Assembly (NCBI GenBank): GCA_037381445.1
Contig: JARRQT010000099.1
Location: forward strand, 1-17,097
Source of the DNA: Calditrichia bacterium
GTDB taxonomy: Bacteria > Calditrichota > Calditrichia > RBG-13-44-9
Reading direction: 5' to 3'
Length of the DNA stretch: 17,097 nucleotides
Part shown: piece after piece, positions 8,595 through 16,115 of the stretch
Layout: the number at the start of each line of letters is the position of its first letter
Numbering within the stretch: the stretch's first letter is position 1
Translations under genes and position numbers: made by a program
The notes under the pieces: generated by a model
Told to the model about the DNA's origin: nothing
What the model saw: the letters and a program-made list of their open reading frames with translations, nothing else
The model's database searches: none

Positions 8595-9329
8595 ATGAGG
8601 ATTCAAGTTTATTCCGACAGAGAGGAGATGAGCCGGGCGGCCGCTGATTTTTTTGTCCAGACAGCCAAAGAAGCGGTTGAGGCCCACGGCCGGTTCATCG
8701 TGGCCCTTTCGGGGGGAAGCACCCCAAAGGAGACCTATCGCATCCTGGCGCAGGCGCCTTTCAAGCAGCAGGTACCATGGGAAAAGACCTATATTTTCTG
8801 GGGGGACGAAAGGTGCGTACCATGGGATGATCCACGCTCTAATGCACACATGACTTATGATACCCTGCTAAAATATGTAACAGTGCCCTCGAAACATATA
8901 TTCAGAATGCAATGCGCCTTGAGTCCAAAAGAAGCCGCTAGTCAGTATGAGGCCGTACTCCATCAATTATTTGACGGCGACCAGCCCCGCTTCGATCTTA
9001 TATTTTTAGGACTGGGGGAAAACGGCCATACGGCTTCCCTATTCCCCAATTCCGAAGTTCTGACGGAAAAAAGCAGGCTGGTTTCGGAAGTGTATCTCCC
9101 TGAATTGGAAATGTACCGCATCACTTTCACCGCCTATCTCATCAATCAGGCGGCCAATGTCGCCTTCCTGGTTTCAGGGAAGAAAAAATCAGAAATTCTT
9201 CCGAAAGTCATCGAAGGACCGCGAAAACCGGAGGAATTGCCCGCTCAGCTCATTGAGCCGCTGGAAGGAGAAATATACTGGTTTATTGATCAGGCCGCTG
9301 CTTCCGGATTGAAAGAAGTGGAAAAATGA
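8595..9329 (+). CDS. pgl: 6-phosphogluconolactonase (DevB/Pgl type)
   Basis: VALSGGSTP, FWGDERCVP, SNA, FDLIFLGLGENGHTASLFP, RITFT, LPAQ. ATG at 8595 preferred over TTG at 8589 because SD GAGGAGG lies at 8581-8587. Confidence 0.97.
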   Translation: MRIQVYSDREEMSRAAADFFVQTAKEAVEAHGRFIVALSGGSTPKETYRILAQAPFKQQVPWEKTYIFWGDERCVPWDDPRSNAHMTYDTLLKYVTVPSKHIFRMQCALSPKEAASQYEAVLHQLFDGDQPRFDLIFLGLGENGHTASLFPNSEVLTEKSRLVSEVYLPELEMYRITFTAYLINQAANVAFLVSGKKKSEILPKVIEGPRKPEELPAQLIEPLEGEIYWFIDQAAASGLKEVEK

Positions 9330-9531
9330 GCCGCTTCCCCGGGAGTTATTTCGCGGCCGACACTACGATAAATCTCACATCGGAGGCGTTCCGCCCGCAA
9401 GCTCCGGAATCAATATGAGGGCGGTTTAAGCTTCGCAGAACCGGATTGTTTTCGAATCGAATGAGAATGCACGGAAATCGTGTATTTATAATAAAGGACA
9501 AAGAATATGGAATTGGACCTGGTCTTATAAT

Positions 9532-11277
9532 ATGATCAATTGGGGAAAACATAAGACATTTCGCTGGCATTTATGGCCACTGCGGCGCCACCAAATTCTG
9601 ATATTGGACACAATCCTGTTGGGAATCGTAGGAGCGGCCGGCGCCCGCCTGTTTATTTTTCTGTTAAATCTGACACATAAAATTTTTCTGAAGGGAATTG
9701 CGGATTACAGCATACCGGGCCTGCCAAGTGAGGGACATTCTGCTTATCAGGTTGTCGGACACCACGGCCTATGGCTCGTTCCGCTGGTTGTGGCATTGGG
9801 CGGATTAATTGCCGGGGTCCTGGTTAATGTATTCGCACGCAAGGAGAAAGGCCACGCTGCGGACGCCATCATTGGCGCATTTCATCGCAGAAGCGGATAC
9901 ATACCGGCAAAACTGACCCCGCTCAAACTTGTCACATCCGTGATTACAATTGGCACGGGAGGATCCGCTGGGCGCGAAGGCCCGACAGCATTCTTCAGTT
10001 CCGGCATCGCCTCAATTTATGCAAATCTGACCAATCGTTCGGAGAAGGACCGCCGCCTGCTGATTCTGATCGGGTTGGCCGCCGGACTTTCCGCCATTTT
10101 CCGTTCCCCGATTGGTACCGGAATTTTTGCCATTGAAGTGCTCTACCGCGACATGGAATTCGAACCGGATGCCTTGCTTTACACCATGCTGGGCTCCATC
10201 AATGCCTACACTATAAACGGAATTTTCATCGGTTGGAAACCGCTCTTTCAAATTCCCCCCGGGCTGGGTGTTCCGGATTTTCTTGATTATGTCTGGTATT
10301 CAATCCTGGGAATGAGCGCCGGCGTAATTGGCACGCTCGTTCCCATAACCTTATATGGAGTACGGGACCTTTTCCAAAAAATTCAACTCCCCGCATTCAT
10401 CAAACCGGCGATTGGCGGCTTTGGTGTGGGGTTGATGGCGCTGTTCATTCCGCAAGTGCTGGGCGGCGGATACGGCTGGATTCAACAGGCAATAAATGGG
10501 GAGCTTACCAAAACCCTGCTGTTGCTGCTCCTTTTCAGCAAGATTATCGCCACCTCATTGACCATTTCATCCGGGGGATCGGGCGGAATTTTTATTCCCA
10601 CTATGTTTATCGGCGGCATGCTGGGTGGTTTGCTGGCTCATATCTTCCACATGCCTCCTGCCGCCTTTGTAGTGGTGGGGATGGCCGCTGTTTTGGGCAG
10701 TGCGGCGCACGTCTCCATAGCGGCTGTTTTGATGGTTGCTGAAATGACCGGCGGATTTCACTTGCTTGCCGCCTCTGCGCTGGCGGTTATGCTTGCCCTT
10801 TTCGTACAGAGAACCTTATCCGCTCCTTTCAAGTACAGCAGTTTGTACCAAGAACAGGTAAGGAACCGGGCAGCTTCCCCGGCGCACCAGGTTGAAGACC
10901 TGAAAACCGCACTGAATATTCTGAGCGAACATCTGACGATCGATCCGAATACCCTGGGCCATTTAAACCTCATGGGCCTGCTCGAATCCGGCGTCCCTAT
11001 CGATTTGCCCAACAAAAAGCAGCTTTTTCTGGGTACCATCCAACCCAAGAGTTCCTGCATAGGAAAATCAATTGATGAGCAATGTAACCTTGCAGAAAGT
11101 GAAGACTGGAAAATCATTGCTATTTTCAGAAAAGAGCAGCTTATCATCCCGCATCCGACCACGACAATTCAAAAAGATGACCGGATGCTGATATTGGCAA
11201 CTCCTGAACAACTTGAAAAATTCAAATCCCATTTCCTGCCAATCAAAATTGAATTGGAAGCTGATAATGGAGGTTGA
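9532..11277 (+). CDS. ClC-family chloride channel/antiporter with C-terminal TrkA-C (RCK-C)-like domain
   Basis: GSAGREGP, AAGLSAIFRSP, LGGGYG, SGGSGGIFIP, MVAEMTG, SSLY; C-terminal S.CIGKSI...IIAIFRKEQLIIPHPTTTIQKDDRMLILA typical of TrkA-C. Confidence 0.93.
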   Translation: MINWGKHKTFRWHLWPLRRHQILILDTILLGIVGAAGARLFIFLLNLTHKIFLKGIADYSIPGLPSEGHSAYQVVGHHGLWLVPLVVALGGLIAGVLVNVFARKEKGHAADAIIGAFHRRSGYIPAKLTPLKLVTSVITIGTGGSAGREGPTAFFSSGIASIYANLTNRSEKDRRLLILIGLAAGLSAIFRSPIGTGIFAIEVLYRDMEFEPDALLYTMLGSINAYTINGIFIGWKPLFQIPPGLGVPDFLDYVWYSILGMSAGVIGTLVPITLYGVRDLFQKIQLPAFIKPAIGGFGVGLMALFIPQVLGGGYGWIQQAINGELTKTLLLLLLFSKIIATSLTISSGGSGGIFIPTMFIGGMLGGLLAHIFHMPPAAFVVVGMAAVLGSAAHVSIAAVLMVAEMTGGFHLLAASALAVMLALFVQRTLSAPFKYSSLYQEQVRNRAASPAHQVEDLKTALNILSEHLTIDPNTLGHLNLMGLLESGVPIDLPNKKQLFLGTIQPKSSCIGKSIDEQCNLAESEDWKIIAIFRKEQLIIPHPTTTIQKDDRMLILATPEQLEKFKSHFLPIKIELEADNGG

Positions 11278-11359
11278 ACAACAGAAACAGATGAGTTTAT
11301 TCCATAGAAAATTGAGATTATTTACTTCGGCCGGTGTCTAAAAATTCGTTCTTTCGCTG

Positions 11360-13090
11360 TTGTCCATTGTCATTGGTGCGGCAGCAGGATTCGGGGCGGT
11401 CATTTTCCGGGCCATGGTAGCTTTCGCCCACAACCTCATGTTCACAGGAAAGCTATCTCTGACATATGACGCCAGTATTCATACCCCGCCCAGTATCTGG
11501 GGCGTGTTTGTGATTCTGGTCCCCGTGGCCGGAGCCGCCGGGGTAGCTTATCTTGTTAAAAAGTTTGCTCCGGAAACAAAAGGCACCGGCGTACCGGAGG
11601 TCATCGATTCGATTTATTATAACAAGGGAATTGTAAGTCCTTTCAAAGCTGGCATCAAGTCCGTTGCCTCCGCTCTTTCCCTGGGCAGCGGCGCTTCGGT
11701 CGGACGCGAAGGTCCTATCATTCAGATCGGGTCTGCCTTCGGTTCCATGATAGGCCAGATTCTTCCCATGTCCGCCTGGCAGCGCATCACCCTGGTTGCA
11801 GCCGGCGCCGGCGGCGGTATTGCCGCCACCTTTAACACCCCGGTGGGCGGGATGCTGTTCGCCACTGAAATCATGCTCCATGAAGTCAGCGTGCGGACCC
11901 TGGTGCCGGTGGCCATTTCCTCTGCGACCGGCGCATATATCGGTCAAAATTTCTTCAGCGCTCACCCGGCTTTCGAAGTCCCTTTTTTCAAGGAATTCAG
12001 CATCCATATCGCGAATCCCTGGGTGCTGATATCCTATATCGGGCTGGGCGTCATTGCCGGTCTGTTCTCGGCTGTTTCAATTAAAACAATCTACAGCTTC
12101 GAGGATTTTTTCGATAAGCATATTCCCGGAAATTACTTTAGCCGCCATATGTTCGGAATGCTAATCGTAGGTGTCATCATGTATTTCATGATGCGCATTT
12201 GGGGGCAGTATTACGTGGAGGGCGTCGGGTATGCCACCATTCAGGACGTGCTGACCGGGAAACTTTCTGTACTCTATCTGCTGGTGCTACTTGCCTTTTT
12301 GAAAACACTGGTACTCTCGCTGAGCCTTGGCAGCGGCGCTTCCGGGGGTGTTTTTTCACCGCACCTCTACATCGGCGCAACCATCGGAGGCGCCTATGGC
12401 ATCTTCCTGGGGCATCTCTTTCCGAATCTTCCTTTTAGTGCACCTGCCTTTGCCGTTGCAGGGATGGCCGGGGTTATCGGCGGATCGACCGGAGCGGCGA
12501 TCGCTGCCATTATCATGATTTTTGAAATGACCGTGGATTACAGCGCCCTTATTCCCATGACAATTACAGTGGCGGTGAGTTACGGTGTGCGGCGTTATTT
12601 TGTGGAAGAAACCATCTATACGCTCAAACTCGTGCGGCGAGGGCGGTTCATGCCCAAGGCCTTGCAGACAAATTTCTACCTGCTTAAGCAGGCAAAAAAG
12701 GTGATGAAAACCAATTTTTCAATTATTGAAGCAGCCGTCAGCCTCAATGATTTCGCGCACCTGGTTTCATCGCACCGTAACATCACCCATTTTTTGGTGG
12801 AAGATGAAGGTAAGATCGCCGGCTACCTTACCCGGGATGCGGCGCTGGAAGTTTACCGGAAAAATGGAAACTCAGGTACCATACCGGCGCTGATGCGTGA
12901 AGATTATCTGGCGATTTCGGGCGATCGGCCCCTTTCCGATATAGTGGAAGGATTACGCTCCAGCAAAGCATCCATTGTGCTGGTTACGACGGAAAACGGT
13001 CCGGCCACAGCCGGGAATGTCAGCGGCTTCATCACGAAGGATCTCATCGTTGATTCCATGGAGGATGATCTGGCGCTTTTTTCGGAGTAA
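11360..13090 (+). CDS. ClC-family chloride channel/antiporter with C-terminal CBS-like domains (true start probably 11267 or 11291, separated by an in-frame TAA at 11339-11341)
   Basis: GTGVPE, GASVGREGP, GIAATFNTP, EGVGY, SGASGGVFSP, IFEMT, TIY; CBS-like tail (AKKVM...FLVEDEGKIAGYLT...LM...VSGFITKDLI). The TTG at 11360 has no SD. Confidence 0.9.
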   Translation: MSIVIGAAAGFGAVIFRAMVAFAHNLMFTGKLSLTYDASIHTPPSIWGVFVILVPVAGAAGVAYLVKKFAPETKGTGVPEVIDSIYYNKGIVSPFKAGIKSVASALSLGSGASVGREGPIIQIGSAFGSMIGQILPMSAWQRITLVAAGAGGGIAATFNTPVGGMLFATEIMLHEVSVRTLVPVAISSATGAYIGQNFFSAHPAFEVPFFKEFSIHIANPWVLISYIGLGVIAGLFSAVSIKTIYSFEDFFDKHIPGNYFSRHMFGMLIVGVIMYFMMRIWGQYYVEGVGYATIQDVLTGKLSVLYLLVLLAFLKTLVLSLSLGSGASGGVFSPHLYIGATIGGAYGIFLGHLFPNLPFSAPAFAVAGMAGVIGGSTGAAIAAIIMIFEMTVDYSALIPMTITVAVSYGVRRYFVEETIYTLKLVRRGRFMPKALQTNFYLLKQAKKVMKTNFSIIEAAVSLNDFAHLVSSHRNITHFLVEDEGKIAGYLTRDAALEVYRKNGNSGTIPALMREDYLAISGDRPLSDIVEGLRSSKASIVLVTTENGPATAGNVSGFITKDLIVDSMEDDLALFSE

Positions 13091-13176
13091 GCACAGGCGG
13101 CGGGAAAAACATAATGGAAGACAAAATTATAGACTAATCTATTAATGATTTACCACTATCCCATCAAGGAGAAGTG

Positions 13177-13659
13177 ATGGCCAAAAACATTCATTTTCCG
13201 ACTCCTTTCAAACACACGCATCCACCGGTACAAAATGTTAATAGTCTGCTCGAGGAACATAAAACCCGGGGCCAAAGGGCTGCCGATATTGTAACGGCGA
13301 CAGTCGGTTCCTGGAAGTTTATCATCATTCAATCTTGCATTTTAATCATATGGGCAATTTTGAATCTGACAGCCTGGGTTTATCACTGGGATCCATATCC
13401 GTTTATTCTGATGAACCTGGTACTCTCATTGCAGGCGGCTTATACTGCCCCCATTATCATGATGAGCCAGAACCGCCAGGCTGAACGGGACCGGCTGGAT
13501 GCCCGAAATGATTACCAGGTGAATCAGAAGGCGGAAGAAGAAGTTCGGGCCATTCTCGAACATTTGGCCGCCCAGGACCAGGCACTCATGGAAATTTACA
13601 ATCTGATCGCTTCGCAAGAAATTAAGGGCGCCAGTGAAAATGATAATGGTCCGCAATAA
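13177..13659 (+). CDS. DUF1003 family small membrane protein
   Basis: ADIVTATVGSWKFIIIQ...WDPYPFILMNLVLSLQAAYTAPIIMMSQNRQ..RDR signature. ATG at 13177 with SD AAGGAG at 13166-13171 (GTG at 13174 is an alternative). Confidence 0.9.
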   Translation: MAKNIHFPTPFKHTHPPVQNVNSLLEEHKTRGQRAADIVTATVGSWKFIIIQSCILIIWAILNLTAWVYHWDPYPFILMNLVLSLQAAYTAPIIMMSQNRQAERDRLDARNDYQVNQKAEEEVRAILEHLAAQDQALMEIYNLIASQEIKGASENDNGPQ

Positions 13660-13707
13660 ATTTTCAGTTTCATTTAATTTAAATTTTATGATAAGTGGGA
13701 GGTTTTT

Positions 13708-14823
13708 ATGAAAGCATTGGCAATAAAACCGGGAACCAAAGAACTGAAATTGGTAGACCGTTCGGAACCAAAGATTAATGAACCCGATGAAGTGAAGATA
13801 CGGATCATCCGGGTTGGCATTTGCGGAACGGACAGGGAAGAGGCGAACGGCGGCCGCGCCAGGGCCCCCGAAGGAAAACAGGATCTGGTGCTCGGTCACG
13901 AAATGTTTGGACAGGTAGTAGAAACCGGCACGAAAGTGAGCCGCGTTAAAAAGGGTGATTTTGCGGTTTTCACGGTGCGCCGGGGATGCGGAAAATGTCT
14001 TCCCTGCGCCATGAACCGGCCGGATATGTGCAAAACCGGCGATTATGTGGAAAGGGGCATCTGGGGTATGGACGGCTTTCAGACCCAGTACGTGGTGGAT
14101 AAAGAGCAGTACATCGTGCGGGTGCCGGCGGAAATCGAGCCCCTCGGTGTGCTTTCCGAACCGCTGGCCGTGGCAGAGAAGGCCATCGACGAGGCAGTTC
14201 GGGTGCAATTTGCCCGCCTTCCCGATGCCCCCGCCTATCCGGAATGGCTGTACGGCCGGCGCTGCCTGGTGGCGGGCCTCGGGCCCATCGGTTTGCTGGC
14301 ATCCCTGGCACTGATCATCCGCGGCGCAGAGGTCTATGGCCTGGATATTGTGCCGGAAGACAGCGTTCGCCCCAGCTGGCTGAAAAAAATCGGTGGGAAA
14401 TATATTAACGGGAAAGCGGTGCCCGCCGACAAAGTGGATGATAAAATCGGTGCAATGGACCTGATTTTTGAGGCCACGGGTATTCCCACTATCGAATTCG
14501 ACCTGCTGGATGCACTTTCCATCAATGGTGTATACGTGCTCACAGGCATTCCCGGTGGCGACCGGCCCATACAGGTGGACGCTCCCCAGCTCCTGCGAAA
14601 ACTGGTGCTGGAAAATCAATTGATGCTGGGCAGCGTCAACGAAGCGCGCGATCATTTTCAGATGGCCGTGGATGACCTGCTTTTTGCCCATTTGAAATGG
14701 GGCGGGCACATCAATAAACTGATCACCAATCGCCACAAATTCGACGATTTCGATTCCGCCCTTACCCATCATGGGGAGGACGAAATCAAGGTTGTTCTGG
14801 AATGGTCAAATCCGGAGAAATGA
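13708..14823 (+). CDS. Zn-dependent (MDR family) glucose 1-dehydrogenase, archaeal type
   Basis: Catalytic Zn motifs GICGTD (C39) and LGHE; structural Zn VRRGCGKCLPC...DMC (C94, C97, C100, C108); ERGIWGMDGF; SEPL; GLGPIG; GSVN; terminal IKVVLEW; SD GGGAGG at 13697-13702. Confidence 0.88.
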   Translation: MKALAIKPGTKELKLVDRSEPKINEPDEVKIRIIRVGICGTDREEANGGRARAPEGKQDLVLGHEMFGQVVETGTKVSRVKKGDFAVFTVRRGCGKCLPCAMNRPDMCKTGDYVERGIWGMDGFQTQYVVDKEQYIVRVPAEIEPLGVLSEPLAVAEKAIDEAVRVQFARLPDAPAYPEWLYGRRCLVAGLGPIGLLASLALIIRGAEVYGLDIVPEDSVRPSWLKKIGGKYINGKAVPADKVDDKIGAMDLIFEATGIPTIEFDLLDALSINGVYVLTGIPGGDRPIQVDAPQLLRKLVLENQLMLGSVNEARDHFQMAVDDLLFAHLKWGGHINKLITNRHKFDDFDSALTHHGEDEIKVVLEWSNPEK

Positions 14824-14833
14824 GGAATCACAA

Positions 14834-15670
14834 ATGCACATCTGGGATTTCACATTGCTCATTTTCGCAGGTGCCTTTGGCGCCGGGCTGCTGGGTTCGT
14901 TAACCGGTCTGGGCGGCGGCGTGGTCATTGTTCCCATGCTGACCCTTTTGTTCGGTGTGGACTTAAAGTATGCCGTTGGCGCTTCGCTGGTTTCCGTTAT
15001 TGCCACCTCTTCCGGGGCGGCGGCGGTTTATGTGAAGGAAGGCATTTCCAATATCCGGATCGGCATGTTTCTGGAGATCGCCACTACCATCGGCGCGGTG
15101 ATTGGGGCATACCTGGTGGGTGTGCTCTCCCCCAATGTCATTGCCGTGATTTTCGGCCTGCTGCTGATATACTCCGCCTACTTTTCCTATCATCCGCGGA
15201 AAGAGAGAACAGACACATCGCATCCCGATTCCCTGGCGACCCGGCTTAAACTGAATGGCGCCTACCCAACCAAAGGTGGACCCAAAAAATATTTCGTCCA
15301 CCGGGTGCCCGGGGGATTCGGCATCTGTTTTCTGGCAGGTTCGTTGTCCGGTCTGCTGGGAATTGGAGGCGGGGCGGTCAAGGTTATCGCCATGGACCAG
15401 ATGATGCGAATTCCTTTTAAGGTATCGGCCACCACCAGTAATTTTATGATTGGCGTGACCGCTGCTGCCAGCGCCGGCATTTATTTAAGCCGGGGATATA
15501 TCGATCCGGGCTTGTCCATGCCAGTGATGTTAGGGGTGCTTTCCGGCTCCATGTTTGGTTCAAGGGTCCTGTCCCAAACCAAAACCCGCAAACTTAGGAC
15601 GGTTTTTGCCATCGTAATTTTTGTGTTGGCGATTGAAATGATTTACAACGGATTAGCGGGGAGAATCTGA
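14834..15670 (+). CDS. TauE/SafE family (sulfite/organosulfur exporter-like) membrane protein
   Basis: Two repeats G.LGSLTGLGGGVVIVP and GSLSGLLGIGGGAVKV, plus AVGASLVSVIATS and ATTSNFMIGVTA. ATG at 14834 follows SD GAGGA (14822-14826); the track start at 14771 overlaps the upstream gene. Confidence 0.92.
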   Translation: MHIWDFTLLIFAGAFGAGLLGSLTGLGGGVVIVPMLTLLFGVDLKYAVGASLVSVIATSSGAAAVYVKEGISNIRIGMFLEIATTIGAVIGAYLVGVLSPNVIAVIFGLLLIYSAYFSYHPRKERTDTSHPDSLATRLKLNGAYPTKGGPKKYFVHRVPGGFGICFLAGSLSGLLGIGGGAVKVIAMDQMMRIPFKVSATTSNFMIGVTAAASAGIYLSRGYIDPGLSMPVMLGVLSGSMFGSRVLSQTKTRKLRTVFAIVIFVLAIEMIYNGLAGRI

Positions 15671-16060
15671 ATGAATAATTCCGCGAAGTTCTGGACAGAT
15701 AAAAAAATTGAGACCATACTCGGCAATCTGTTGCGTGTTGGGGTCCTGTTGGCCGGAATTCTGGTGTTCGCCGGCGGAATCCACTATTTGCTGCAATATG
15801 GAAATGCCACACCTGAGTATTCGGTTTTTAAAAGCGAACCGCAACAATTACGGAATCCGGTGTCAATTTTCCGGGACGCAATTGCGTTCCATCATGACGG
15901 GGTCATCCAGCTGGGCCTGATTTTGTTAATCGCAACGCCCGTTGCCCGTGTGTTTTTTTCGGTCATCGCCTTCATTTTCGAAAAGGATTATATGTATGTC
16001 GTTTTTACCCTGATTGTGCTTTCGGTTTTGCTGTATAGCTTGTTTAATGTACATTTTTGA
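15671..16060 (+). CDS. DUF1634 family membrane protein
   Basis: IETILGNLLRVGV...GG...IQLGLILLIATPVARV......F..EKDYMYV pattern; abuts the TauE stop, and the two are a commonly paired gene set. Confidence 0.85.
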   Translation: MNNSAKFWTDKKIETILGNLLRVGVLLAGILVFAGGIHYLLQYGNATPEYSVFKSEPQQLRNPVSIFRDAIAFHHDGVIQLGLILLIATPVARVFFSVIAFIFEKDYMYVVFTLIVLSVLLYSLFNVHF

Positions 16061-16115
16061 GGATGGCAGTTAATTCTATATCAAAAGAAATTTTTAAAGA
16101 GAAAGGGATCTTATC

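Noticed and set aside
9393..9430. Resemblance of CGCAAGCTCCGG to the c-di-GMP-I riboswitch junction
   Set aside because: The upstream GGCAAA and GNRA-capped stem, and the tetraloop receptor, are not evident.
9330..9531. Fluoride riboswitch / fluoride-exporting CLC-F
   Set aside because: No GATGG...CGCC / TGATG-type crcB consensus is visible, and both ClCs have GREGP rather than the CLC-F GNNLI/GREGT signatures.
13426..14772. 448-aa minus-strand ORF
   Set aside because: It lies antisense to the well-supported glucose dehydrogenase and DUF1003 genes, has no recognisable motifs, and is best explained as a codon-bias shadow ORF.
14771..14833. Longer TauE start from the ORF track
   Set aside because: It overlaps the glucose DH 3' end by 53 nt and adds a hydrophilic non-family extension; ATG 14834 has a good SD.
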